The notes under the pieces: model-generated
Seen by the model: the letters and a program-made list of their open reading frames with translations, nothing else
Database searches by the model: none
Told to the model about the DNA's origin: nothing
Translations under genes and position numbers: made by a program
Shown here: one piece after another, positions 37,455 through 47,007 of the stretch
Layout of the letters: each line of letters opens with the position of its first letter
How positions within the stretch are numbered: the first letter of the stretch is position 1
From: Chitinophagales bacterium
GTDB taxonomy: Bacteria > Bacteroidota > Bacteroidia > Chitinophagales > CAIOSU01
Length of the DNA stretch: 64,000 nucleotides
NCBI GenBank assembly: GCA_033762815.1
Contig: JANRLF010000001.1
Location: forward strand, 324,490 to 388,489
Reading direction: 5' to 3'

Positions 37455-38543
37455 GTGAGCAGGTTCCATGATTTGCGGGTCGCTGAGGTGCGGCCAGAGA
37501 CTGCCAATGCCAAGGTAGTTACCTTTGATATCCCGGCGGAATTGAAAGACCTTTATCGGTATGTTCCAGGGCAGTATTTGACCGTGGAAGTGGAACTCAA
37601 TGGAGAGAAGTACCGCAGGGCATACTCCATTTGTACCAGTTACCTTGCCGGTGAACCATTGGGTATAGGTGTAAAGCGGGTAGATGATGGTGTGGTGAGT
37701 ACTTATATCAATGCTCGATTGTTTGCAGGTAGTACCCTCAGGGTAATGACCCCCATGGGTAATTTCATCCATCAGCCTGATAGTGCTTTAAGGAAACAGT
37801 ACGTTTTTTTTGGCGGGGGCAGTGGCATCACGCCTTTAATGTCTTTACTGAAGAGTACGCTGTTGGGGGAGCCCATGAGCAGGATTACTTTAATCTATTG
37901 CAACCGCAATATTGAAAGTATTATGTTCCGTGCGGAGCTGGAGAATTGGGTTAACCGATATCCCGACCGTTTAAAGGTAATCCATAACCTCGACTTGGCA
38001 CCTGCAGGTTGGGGCGGCCATAGTGGTATGTTCAGCAAAGCCGTGGCTTTATCCTTTTTGAACCAGTATGTGCAAGGCGAAGCCGATTACTACATTTGCG
38101 GGCCAGGAGGAATGATGAATGAAATAGATGCTGCACTTGCGGAAAAAGGGGTAGCCAAGCAGCACATTTTCAAGGAGTTTTTTACGGCACCTTTGCAAAT
38201 GGATGGAGAGATAAAGGAAACTATTGCGGTATCATCCGAGGGGATTGTTTCCGACAAGCCCTTGCCCCATGCGGAGTTGGTTGTTACTATTGATGGTGAC
38301 CAGTTTACCATTACTTATGATGGGGAGGAATCTCTGTTGGAAGCTGCCTTGGAAAAAGGCCTTGACCCACCTTATGCTTGCCAGATAGGTGCCTGCTGTA
38401 CCTGTAGGGCAAAGATTAAGGAAGGTAAGGTGGTAATGGCGGAAAGGGAGTCTTTATCTGATTCAGAGATAGAAGAAGGCTATGTACTTACCTGTCAATC
38501 AAAGCCTTTAACAAAAAAAGTAGTTTATACTTACGACGAGTAA
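37455..38543 (+). CDS. ferredoxin-NADP reductase-like oxidoreductase with C-terminal plant-type [2Fe-2S] ferredoxin domain (PaaE-like)
   Basis: GTG start. FAD-binding RxYS, NAD-binding GGGSGITP, C-terminal CxxxxCxxC...C cluster (CQIGACCTCRAK ... LTCQS). Confidence 0.8.
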   Translation: MSRFHDLRVAEVRPETANAKVVTFDIPAELKDLYRYVPGQYLTVEVELNGEKYRRAYSICTSYLAGEPLGIGVKRVDDGVVSTYINARLFAGSTLRVMTPMGNFIHQPDSALRKQYVFFGGGSGITPLMSLLKSTLLGEPMSRITLIYCNRNIESIMFRAELENWVNRYPDRLKVIHNLDLAPAGWGGHSGMFSKAVALSFLNQYVQGEADYYICGPGGMMNEIDAALAEKGVAKQHIFKEFFTAPLQMDGEIKETIAVSSEGIVSDKPLPHAELVVTIDGDQFTITYDGEESLLEAALEKGLDPPYACQIGACCTCRAKIKEGKVVMAERESLSDSEIEEGYVLTCQSKPLTKKVVYTYDE

Positions 38544-38599
38544 ACCTTTTGCCAAGTTTTTGCATCTAGCTTATATAATTAGAAAAACATTTTCTGACT

Positions 38600-39847
38600 A
38601 TGAAGGTTAGCCCTATATTAATAGCCATCCCCGCCTTTTTTCTGTTTATTGCTATAGAACTGATTATAGGCTGGCGCAAGCGGCAAAAGCTCTATCGTTT
38701 CAATGATGCCATCACCAATCTGAACATTGGTATTGGTAGCCAGGTTTTTGGTGCTTTTTCAAAAGCAGCATTATTGGCACTATATATTTTGGTGTATGAT
38801 AGTTTGGCCATTATCCATCAACCAACTACTTGGTGGTCATTTGTTTTGGCCTTGTTCACCTTTGATTTTATCTTTTATTGGGCACACCGCTGGGGGCACG
38901 AAACCAATATTTTTTGGGGCGCACATGTGGTGCACCATCAAAGTGAAGAATATAACTTATCGGTAGCCTTGCGCCAATCGTGGATACATAACATTATCGC
39001 ATTTGTTCTTTTCCTTCCCATGCCCGTGCTAGGTTTTGACCCTAAAATATTTCTAGCTGCGGCTGCCACCCATACCTTATACCAGTTTTGGATACATACC
39101 AAAACCATCAAGAAGATGCCTCGCATCATTGAGTTTTTGTTCAATACTCCTTCCCACCACCGGGTACACCATGGAGTCAATCCCAAATATATCGATAAGA
39201 ACCACGGTGGTGTATTCATTATCTGGGACCGATTGTTTGGTACATTCCAAGCAGAGGAAGAAGAGCCCACTTATGGTATCACTACCCAATTGAAGAGTTG
39301 GAACCCTGTTTGGGCCAATTCGCATTATTATATTGAAATGTTTCAGCGTGCGCGCCAAATGAAATGGGCAGATAGGATAAAGCTTGTTTTTGCCAAGCCG
39401 GGCTGGTTGCCTGATTATTTGGGAGGCTATCAAGCCCCGCCTGAAGTGGATAAAGCCAACTACAAAGCATATGACACCCAAACCACCCTATCCAGAAACG
39501 TTTATGTTTTTGTACAGTTTTTAATGATTGCGGTGGGACTCGCCGCCTATATGTTCTATTTCCCAACCATCAGTTTGTTTTTCCAGATCGTGTTTTTCGG
39601 CATCTTAATATTGAGCACCCTTATTTGTGGTGCCATACTGGAAAACAAACGCTGGGTAGTATACATTGAATACCTCCGTCTAATGCTGATAGGGATAAGC
39701 CTAAACAGTTTCTATTACTATTGGTATATGCATTGGTTTACAGTGGTGTTGGTGGTTTCCTGCGTGGCATTTATACTATTCGCCTTATGGTTTACGTTGT
39801 CATGGTTGTTTGATAAACAATGGTTTCCAGAAGCTATACGTAAGTAA
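38600..39847 (+). CDS. sterol desaturase / fatty acid hydroxylase superfamily membrane oxygenase with an extra C-terminal TM domain
   Basis: His boxes HRWGHE, HVVHHQ, HHRVHHG, plus a roughly 130-aa extra polytopic C-terminal extension. Confidence 0.75.
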   Translation: MKVSPILIAIPAFFLFIAIELIIGWRKRQKLYRFNDAITNLNIGIGSQVFGAFSKAALLALYILVYDSLAIIHQPTTWWSFVLALFTFDFIFYWAHRWGHETNIFWGAHVVHHQSEEYNLSVALRQSWIHNIIAFVLFLPMPVLGFDPKIFLAAAATHTLYQFWIHTKTIKKMPRIIEFLFNTPSHHRVHHGVNPKYIDKNHGGVFIIWDRLFGTFQAEEEEPTYGITTQLKSWNPVWANSHYYIEMFQRARQMKWADRIKLVFAKPGWLPDYLGGYQAPPEVDKANYKAYDTQTTLSRNVYVFVQFLMIAVGLAAYMFYFPTISLFFQIVFFGILILSTLICGAILENKRWVVYIEYLRLMLIGISLNSFYYYWYMHWFTVVLVVSCVAFILFALWFTLSWLFDKQWFPEAIRK

Positions 39848-39938
39848 GGTGTTCAAAATTTGAGTACTATACTTTAGGAAAAATATTTTTTTTGTCGAAA
39901 ACTTGTGCTTTGCGTTTTCTGCTGTCGCCAATTAATTT

Positions 39939-39946
39939 TAACTTTG
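39939..39946 (+). promoter_or_regulatory. Bacteroidota -7 promoter element TAACTTTG upstream of csp
   Basis: TAnnTTTG match about 35 nt upstream of the ATG. Confidence 0.4.
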
Positions 39947-39981
39947 CTATCTAACTTATAATTCTCTTACAATTTTTTAAA

Positions 39982-40170
39982 ATGAAAACAGGAACAGTAA
40001 AATTTTTCAATGAATCAAAAGGCTTCGGTTTCATCGTATCTGAAACCGGCCAAGACATTTTCGTACACGTTTCCGGCCTGGTTGACAAAGTTAACCAAGG
40101 AGACAAAGTAACCTATGAAGTGACCGAAGGCAGGAAAGGATTGAACGCAATCAATGTGAAATTGGCTTAA
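39982..40170 (+). CDS. cold-shock protein (CspA family)
   Basis: 62 aa with the RNP motifs KFFNESKGFGFI and VFVHVS. Confidence 0.9.
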   Translation: MKTGTVKFFNESKGFGFIVSETGQDIFVHVSGLVDKVNQGDKVTYEVTEGRKGLNAINVKLA

Positions 40171-40195
40171 TCATAGCAATTACCGAAAAGTATAA

Positions 40196-40226
40196 AACCC
40201 CGGGCTGTATGTTCGGGGTTTTTTAT
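40196..40226 (+). terminator. rho-independent terminator after csp
   Basis: aaccccg-ggctgtatgtt-cggggtt followed by tttttta. Confidence 0.7.
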
Positions 40227-40358
40227 TTGGCTGAATCCACTGATTTTCAACCTTCCACTTAAATAGCTTACCACGGTAATGGCACCTTGTAAATTCGGAA
40301 CTAATTGTCATATTTGTACTTGCTTAACATTGAGCTAGTCTATACGTAACAATCCCTA

Positions 40359-41813
40359 ATGTCAGCACTTACAAAAAAGAAAAGCATAGCCCGTTTATTG
40401 GCCGAAGCAGGTTCGGGCGAAAACAAATTACATAGAACATTAGGAGCATTTGGTTTGATAGCACTAGGCATAGGTGCCATTATTGGAGCCGGTTTGTTTT
40501 CCATCACTGGAGCCGCCGCGGGCTATCATGCAGGCCCTGCCGTTACCATCAGCTTTGTAATAGCGGCGGTTGGTTGTGCTTTTGCGGGGCTTTGTTATGC
40601 AGAATTTGCTTCAATGATTCCGGTGGCAGGTAGTGCCTATACCTATTCCTACGCCACTATGGGGCGTTTCGTGGCATGGATTATCGGTTGGGATTTAGTG
40701 TTGGAGTATGCCGTGGGTGGTGCAACGGTAGCTATCAGTTGGTCAAGGTACTTAGTTAAGTTGTTGGCCTATCAAGGTTTGGAAATCCCCGCACAGTTTA
40801 CCATGTCCCCATTTGATACCGCGACCTTGGCCGATGGGAGCATAGTGACAGGGATCATCAATTTTCCTGCCGTTATCATTATCATTTTGGTGTCGCTTTT
40901 ATTGGTTAAGGGTACGCAAGAATCGGCCTTGGTCAATTCATTAATCGTGTTGCTTAAAGTGGCCGTGGTACTCATATTTATATTTTTGGGCTGGTCTTAT
41001 ATCAATCCCGCTAACTATGACCCCTATATTGTGCCCAATAAGGGGGAATTTGGTGATTTCGGCTGGAGCGGTATTTTGCGTGCTTCAGGAATTATTTTCT
41101 TTGCCTATATAGGCTTCGATGCGGTTTCTACAGCTGCACAGGAGGCAAAGAACCCTAAGCGCGACATGCCTATCGGCATTTTGGTATCATTGGGAATATG
41201 TACCGTGTTGTATATCCTTTTTGCCCACGTTATGACTGGCCTTGCCCATTATACCGAATTCCAAGGGCAGGATGGTATAGCTCCCGTTGCCGTGGCTATT
41301 GAACACACTCCATTCAAGTGGTTGAACCAGGCCATTATATTGGCCATCTTGGCAGGTTATTCTTCCGTAATATTGGTTATGCTGATGGGCCAGTCGAGGG
41401 TGTTCTTTTCCATGTCGAAAGATGCCCTGCTGCCTTCCGTCTTCTCTGACGTGCACAGTAAGTTTAAAACCCCGTGGAAGTCAAGCCTTATTATTATGGT
41501 CTTCGTTTCTTTGTTCGCTGGTTTTGTGCCTGCACGGGTAGTGGGCGAAATGACCAGTATAGGTACCCTATTTGCATTTGTGCTGGTATGCGCTGGCATC
41601 ATTATTTTACGATATGCCCAACCGAATGCCCCCCGTGCCTTTCGTACGCCTTTGGTACCTTTGGTGCCCATATTGGGTATTGCCTCCTGTTTATTGATGA
41701 TGCTTGCTTTACCTTACGATACCTGGTTAAGGCTGGTGATATGGATGGCGATAGGAATTGCCATCTATTTTAGCTACGGCCATCCTCGCACGGAATCGGT
41801 ACAGCATGATTAA
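40359..41813 (+). CDS. APC-family amino acid permease
   Basis: 484 aa with 12 TM helices. Conserved GAGLFSITG motif typical of amino-acid transporters. Confidence 0.85.
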   Translation: MSALTKKKSIARLLAEAGSGENKLHRTLGAFGLIALGIGAIIGAGLFSITGAAAGYHAGPAVTISFVIAAVGCAFAGLCYAEFASMIPVAGSAYTYSYATMGRFVAWIIGWDLVLEYAVGGATVAISWSRYLVKLLAYQGLEIPAQFTMSPFDTATLADGSIVTGIINFPAVIIIILVSLLLVKGTQESALVNSLIVLLKVAVVLIFIFLGWSYINPANYDPYIVPNKGEFGDFGWSGILRASGIIFFAYIGFDAVSTAAQEAKNPKRDMPIGILVSLGICTVLYILFAHVMTGLAHYTEFQGQDGIAPVAVAIEHTPFKWLNQAIILAILAGYSSVILVMLMGQSRVFFSMSKDALLPSVFSDVHSKFKTPWKSSLIIMVFVSLFAGFVPARVVGEMTSIGTLFAFVLVCAGIIILRYAQPNAPRAFRTPLVPLVPILGIASCLLMMLALPYDTWLRLVIWMAIGIAIYFSYGHPRTESVQHD

Positions 41814-41853
41814 TATTTTATCGATTTCTACTTGCCTATTGCTGAAAAACATT

Positions 41854-41861
41854 TATCTTTG
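41854..41861 (+). promoter_or_regulatory. Bacteroidota -7 promoter element TATCTTTG upstream of rpsU
   Basis: TAnnTTTG match about 35 nt upstream of the rpsU ATG. Confidence 0.4.
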
Positions 41862-41896
41862 CATTTCCGTAAAAAGAACAGAAAACCAAATACTAC

Positions 41897-42100
41897 ATGC
41901 TCATCATTGATACAGGCGACGGCGATAGCATCGATAAAGCACTGAAAAAGTACAAGAAGAAGTTTGAAAAGGCTGGTATCCTGCGCGAATTGCGCAGCCG
42001 CCAAGCTTTTACAAAACCTTCCGTTAAAAGAAGGGGCGAAATTCTTCGTGCTGCCTATAAGCAAGAGCTGATTCGCACTGGAAAAATTACTGTTCAGTAA
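41897..42100 (+). CDS. rpsU: 30S ribosomal protein S21
   Basis: 67 aa, basic. Contains LRELRSRQAFTKPS and KRR motifs characteristic of S21. Confidence 0.85.
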   Translation: MLIIDTGDGDSIDKALKKYKKKFEKAGILRELRSRQAFTKPSVKRRGEILRAAYKQELIRTGKITVQ

Positions 42101-42164
42101 TTTCCTGAAAATACCCTCATTTTAGCTTGACAATATCCTAGATATTGCTTTCTTTAGATGTCTT

Positions 42165-43043
42165 ATGCATCTGGAAAGCTTTCTCAATTACCTTCGATTC
42201 GAGAAGCGGTATTCCCCGCATACCCTGCTTTCGTACCAAAACGATTTGGAGCAGTTTTCCCTTTTCCTATCCAGCACCTTCGAAATAGCGGATGCCAAGG
42301 ATGTGAGCCACACTTATATCCGCTCATGGATGGCTTCGCTAATGGAAGATGGTATTACGCCTAGAAGTATCAATAGGAAGCTTTCTGCCCTAAAATCGTA
42401 CTATAAATTCCTCATCAAAAGGGGAGAAGTGCTGAAGGATCCAACGTTAAAAATCGTTAGCCCCAAAACAAAGAAGCGCCTTCCGACGTATGTAGAAGAA
42501 GAGAAGATGCAGCAATTGTTTTTCGGTATTGAATTTGAGGAAGGATTTAGTGGCAGCCGCGATAAAATGCTACTTGAACTGCTTTATGGTACTGGCATGC
42601 GGCGGGCCGAGCTAATGAACCTGAAATTGACCGATATCAATTTGGGGCAAAAGCTCATAAAAGTATTAGGTAAAGGCAATAAGGAACGCCTGATACCTTA
42701 TAATACGCAACTGGAAGAAAGCCTGAAGGGGTATCTAGAACAGTTGCACCTTACTTTCCCTACCTGTGAGTGGTTGATATGCAACGACAAGGGAGGGAAA
42801 ATGATGCCAGAAGCCATATATCGCACCGTAAAGAAATACCTTTCAATGGTAACTACTATTGAAAAGCGTAGCCCGCATGTGTTGCGACATACTTTTGCGA
42901 CCCACCTGAGTAACAATGGAGCCGAACTGAATGCCGTAAAGGAATTATTGGGGCATAGTAGTTTGGCAGCCACCCAAGTATATACCCACAACAATATTGA
43001 CAAGTTGAAAGATATTTTTAAACAATCACATCCAAAAGCTTAA
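42165..43043 (+). CDS. xerC: tyrosine site-specific recombinase XerC/XerD family
   Basis: N-terminal SAM-like domain. Catalytic R...HxxR...Y motifs (HVLRHTFATH, LGHSSLAATQVYTH). Confidence 0.85.
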   Translation: MHLESFLNYLRFEKRYSPHTLLSYQNDLEQFSLFLSSTFEIADAKDVSHTYIRSWMASLMEDGITPRSINRKLSALKSYYKFLIKRGEVLKDPTLKIVSPKTKKRLPTYVEEEKMQQLFFGIEFEEGFSGSRDKMLLELLYGTGMRRAELMNLKLTDINLGQKLIKVLGKGNKERLIPYNTQLEESLKGYLEQLHLTFPTCEWLICNDKGGKMMPEAIYRTVKKYLSMVTTIEKRSPHVLRHTFATHLSNNGAELNAVKELLGHSSLAATQVYTHNNIDKLKDIFKQSHPKA

Positions 43044-43046
43044 GTT

Positions 43047-43349
43047 ATGGACGTACAAATTCAATCAATCCACTTTGATGCCGATGTTAAACTGCTTGAC
43101 TTTACCAAGAAAAAAGTAAGCAAGTTGAACCAGTATTTTGATAAAATTATTGATGCCAATGTGTATTTCAAGTTGGATGATAATAGTTCGCAGGTGCGCG
43201 AGAAAGTAACGCACATTAAGGTAAATATTCCTGGTAACACCTTATATGCCAGCGAAACCAGTCTTACGTTTGAGGAGGCCGTTGACAATGCGGTGGAGGC
43301 ATTGAGCCGCCAGCTCAAAAAACATAAAGAGAAAGCTAAGAATAGCTGA
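43047..43349 (+). CDS. hpf: ribosome hibernation promoting factor (HPF/RaiA)
   Basis: 100 aa with the sigma-54-modulation-protein fold pattern. Confidence 0.8.
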   Translation: MDVQIQSIHFDADVKLLDFTKKKVSKLNQYFDKIIDANVYFKLDDNSSQVREKVTHIKVNIPGNTLYASETSLTFEEAVDNAVEALSRQLKKHKEKAKNS

Positions 43350-43364
43350 ATATCCAATTTGAAG

Positions 43365-43390
43365 CCCCGCACTGCGGGGTTTCTTATTTA
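43365..43390. terminator. bidirectional terminator between hpf and the convergent mscS-like gene
   Basis: ccccgc-act-gcgggg followed by tttcttattt. Confidence 0.6.
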
Positions 43391-44526
43391 TCGGGGGCAC
43401 GATGGTTTTGATCCCGGAAATTTTTCCTCGTTACTGCTAGTAAGGGTTCCAGGGATTCAGGAGCCAGTGCAATTTTGGTATAGGGAATGGATGAATATTC
43501 GGTCCTTAAGTATTCCAATAACTTTTCACGAATGTAAACCCTCAAATCCCATAATGCGGATGCATTACCTGCACTCATTAAGGCACGTAACTCTACCGTG
43601 CCATCTTTCGACATATCCGTTACTTGTAAGGCATTGACTTCCTTGTCCCATAAGGGGCTGGCACTAAGCAGGCGGGTCAATTCTGCCCTTACCGCTTCCA
43701 CAGGTACTTCTACACTTGTATAAATGAACACGGTTCCCATCAGTGCTGCTGTGCTGTGGGTCCAGTTCTGGAAAGGGTTTTCTATGAACCAAGTGGTGGG
43801 AACTATCATTCTCCGTTTGTCCCATATTGCCACTACCACATGGGTTAGGTTAATTTCCTGTATACGGCCAAATTCGCCTTCAATAATCACTACGTCGTCA
43901 ATGCGTATGGGTTGGGTAAATGCAATCTGTAAACCAGCGAGTATGGTACCTATTACCCTTTGTGCAGCCAAGCCCAAAACAATGCCCGCTATACCCGCGG
44001 AGGCTAGTAAGCTCATGCCAATTTCCCTGATGCGTTCAAAAGTCATAAGGCCAATCCCTACTGAGACGATACAGATTAACACAATGACAATGTTTTCGAT
44101 CACCTCAAATTGGGTGTACACCTTCCGGGCCATTAGATTATCAGCGGTGCGGATATCATAGCGGTGTACCACCACTACTTTTACCACGGCAACTATTTTG
44201 ATCAATAGCCAAGCTACGGCAGCTATGTTCGTTAAGGCGGCTATATGCTGTACCCTTCTCTGGATATCACTTTCAAGGCCCATAAATGGAACGGATGCGG
44301 TAAGGGTGATTACCGCTATCAACAATCTTGATGGTGCGGCCATTTTATCCACAATGGCCTTCAATGTTACCGATTGCCGCCTTTTTGCGATTCTTTTTAG
44401 CAAATAAAAGAACAGCATGTGCAAGGCCAATGCCACTACCAATGCCCCTGCGGCACCTAAAAGTCTCAAAAGGGGGTCGTCAGTAGCAAAAATGGGGGAC
44501 AAGGTATTGCCTACTGTATTTTCCAT
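43384..44526 (-). CDS. mechanosensitive ion channel family protein (MscS-like)
   Basis: TM helices followed by the MscS beta-domain pattern (GTILAGLQIAFTQPIRIDD). Confidence 0.8.
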   Translation of the reverse strand: MENTVGNTLSPIFATDDPLLRLLGAAGALVVALALHMLFFYLLKRIAKRRQSVTLKAIVDKMAAPSRLLIAVITLTASVPFMGLESDIQRRVQHIAALTNIAAVAWLLIKIVAVVKVVVVHRYDIRTADNLMARKVYTQFEVIENIVIVLICIVSVGIGLMTFERIREIGMSLLASAGIAGIVLGLAAQRVIGTILAGLQIAFTQPIRIDDVVIIEGEFGRIQEINLTHVVVAIWDKRRMIVPTTWFIENPFQNWTHSTAALMGTVFIYTSVEVPVEAVRAELTRLLSASPLWDKEVNALQVTDMSKDGTVELRALMSAGNASALWDLRVYIREKLLEYLRTEYSSIPYTKIALAPESLEPLLAVTRKNFRDQNHRAPDK

Positions 44527-44535
44527 TATATTATT

Positions 44536-46803
44536 TTAAATCACTCTTCTTCTTTGGTAAACCAGTTGCCTGCCCTCCATCTTCTTCTTTGGCAGGCTCA
44601 CCGAAAAAGGGTTCGGCTTCAAAGCCGAAAGGAGTTTGCGGGTTTCTTTCCATGATGGTATCCTATGCTTTGCCACACTTTCCTGCGTACCCACTTTAAT
44701 ACTGTAAGCGTGTTGCGGAAGCACTTCAAAAATATCTTCATCCGTGCGGTCATCACCTAGGGCAATAATAAAGTCCCATTTCTCGCGGTTGAGCCACATT
44801 TTTGATGTGGTTCCCTTATCCACTCCCGAAATTTTTACCTCTATTACCTTGTTGCCGTTCAGAATTTCCAAATTGCGCTTTGAACACTTATACACCAAGG
44901 TATTCAGCAGTTGAAATGCCCTAAGGTCTGCAATCCAAGGGTCACTTTTCCGATAATGCCAGGCCAAGGAATAGGCTTTTTCTTCAATGAATGCCCCAGG
45001 CGTTTTATCGGCAAAGGCTTGCATGGTTTCGGCTATTTCCGGTTTCCAATCGTTTTTGAGCTTTTTCACCTGTTTCCAGTTGCCTTCTTCCCTAATCCAA
45101 ATGCCGTGCTCAGCAATGATTTCCAAGCCCCCTATATGGCCAAACCATCTATCGAGTGTGATGTGGTCGCGGCCTGAAATAATTACCGTTTTTGTGGATG
45201 GGTCTTTGCACAGGTTGGTCAGCATGTCCAGTAATTCCGCGTCAGGATTAGCTTGTTCAGGGGTTTTGGCGAAAGGCACCAAGGTGCCATCATAATCCAA
45301 CAATAGCAATCTGGTTTTTGAGGCGGAAAAGTGCTCGGCTATTTCACGGGTTTCCTTGCCGTTGATGGTTTTGCCTTCCAATTCTACCTGTTTCTGCCTA
45401 ATGCTATTAAGCTGAAGTATAAAGTCATTGGCCCAGCGCTGGACTGATTGTTTGGCTACCTGCTTTTGTAACGATTTTATTCTTTCAGCTTGTTCCGCTT
45501 CAGGCATTGCTATGGCTGTATTCATGGCCTGCACGATATCGCTAATACTGTTTGGATTGATAATCAGAGCATCGCTCAATTCAATGGCTGCCCCCGCCAT
45601 TTCGCTCAGTATCAATACGCCGTTAGCATCTGTTTTGCTAGCCACATATTCCTTAGCTACTAAGTTCATACCGTCCCTTAGCGGCGTTACCAAGCCTATA
45701 TCCGCGGTATGGTACAGTGCGGCCAGTTCTTCAAACGGTAATGAACGGTAATAGTAATGTACCGGTATCCAGTTCATAGTGGCATGTTTGCCATTGATAT
45801 TGCCCACCAACTCGTCGATTTCCTCTTTCAAGGATTGGTATTGGTCAACAGAAGAACGTGAAGGCACCACTAGCATTAAAAACTGTACTTTTTCCCTGTG
45901 CTGGGGAAATTCGGTCAATAACTGGTCAAAAGCTTTCAACCGCTGCACAATGCCTTTGCTATAATCCAGCCTATCCACTGAAAGGATAAGTTTCATGCCC
46001 TGGAAGCGTTTCTTGAAATGGGCAACATGTTCCTTTACCTTGGGCAGGTGGATTGCTTCATGGAATTTCTCGTAATTGATGCCCATCGGGAAACTATCAA
46101 TGTGTACACTCCGTTTTCCCAGATTGATTTCCCCGAGTTTGGAATCATAGCCTGCTATCCTATTGGCGGCACTGATAAAATGCCGCATATACTCATAAGT
46201 ATGAAAGCCTACCAAGTCGGCCCCAAACATGCCTTCCAGTAACTCTTTACGCCAAGGCAGGGTACGGAACAGCTCATAAGATGGAAAGGGGATATGCAGG
46301 AAAAAGCCAATTTCATTATGTGGTAATGCTTCTCGCAGTAATCCAGGCAATAACATTAAATGGTAGTCTTGTACCCAGATAATGTCATCGGGTTGGGCTA
46401 CTTCCAATACTTTTTTGCAAAAGAGCTTGTTTACTGCTTTGTAGCGTTTCCAAGTATGTTCATCATACTCCACATACTCGTTGAAGTAGTGAAAAAGGGG
46501 CCAAATGGTTTTGTTGCTAAAGCGCTCATAAAACATTTCCTGATCTTCCTGAGAAAGAAATACCGGATGAATGTTGTTTTTCCCCAATTCGGTCGTAATC
46601 AGTTCCTGTGTTTCTTTTTGGCCGGAAAAGATACCAGGCCAGCCAATCCAATGTTTTTCCAAATCAATAGTCAGTGAATCGAGGCCTGTTGCCAACCCTC
46701 CTTCGCTTTGCTCGTACATTAACTCCTGCTCCTGAAGCTTGACCCTTATCGGAAGTCGGTTCGCTACAATCAATAACCTACTCATAGTGGGGAGATTTTT
46801 CAA
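44536..46803 (-). CDS. otsA: bifunctional trehalose-6-phosphate synthase (GT20) / trehalose-6-phosphatase
   Basis: N-terminal GT20 OtsA motifs and C-terminal HAD phosphatase domain (DYDGTL). Confidence 0.85.
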   Translation of the reverse strand: MKNLPTMSRLLIVANRLPIRVKLQEQELMYEQSEGGLATGLDSLTIDLEKHWIGWPGIFSGQKETQELITTELGKNNIHPVFLSQEDQEMFYERFSNKTIWPLFHYFNEYVEYDEHTWKRYKAVNKLFCKKVLEVAQPDDIIWVQDYHLMLLPGLLREALPHNEIGFFLHIPFPSYELFRTLPWRKELLEGMFGADLVGFHTYEYMRHFISAANRIAGYDSKLGEINLGKRSVHIDSFPMGINYEKFHEAIHLPKVKEHVAHFKKRFQGMKLILSVDRLDYSKGIVQRLKAFDQLLTEFPQHREKVQFLMLVVPSRSSVDQYQSLKEEIDELVGNINGKHATMNWIPVHYYYRSLPFEELAALYHTADIGLVTPLRDGMNLVAKEYVASKTDANGVLILSEMAGAAIELSDALIINPNSISDIVQAMNTAIAMPEAEQAERIKSLQKQVAKQSVQRWANDFILQLNSIRQKQVELEGKTINGKETREIAEHFSASKTRLLLLDYDGTLVPFAKTPEQANPDAELLDMLTNLCKDPSTKTVIISGRDHITLDRWFGHIGGLEIIAEHGIWIREEGNWKQVKKLKNDWKPEIAETMQAFADKTPGAFIEEKAYSLAWHYRKSDPWIADLRAFQLLNTLVYKCSKRNLEILNGNKVIEVKISGVDKGTTSKMWLNREKWDFIIALGDDRTDEDIFEVLPQHAYSIKVGTQESVAKHRIPSWKETRKLLSALKPNPFSVSLPKKKMEGRQLVYQRRRVI

Positions 46804-47007
46804 TCAACCCGTGCAATAAGCAATCCAAAAAATAAGGCTAGGGTAGCTTAAGAAACAAAAAAGTATCGAATTAGGATAAATTTTGTGTCTAAAAAACTGT
46901 TTTACAGAAATCTGTATTGATGTTGAAAACTGGGTAATTTAGGATATAAAACTACCCAATATGAAAATTTACACAGTCTTGGGGCATTGATTCCCCGCAT
47001 CATTTAC

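Noticed and set aside
42165-43043. xerC as the integrase of an integrated mobile element
   Set aside because: No direct repeats, tRNA target or cargo genes flank it. Its neighbours rpsU and hpf are conserved housekeeping genes.
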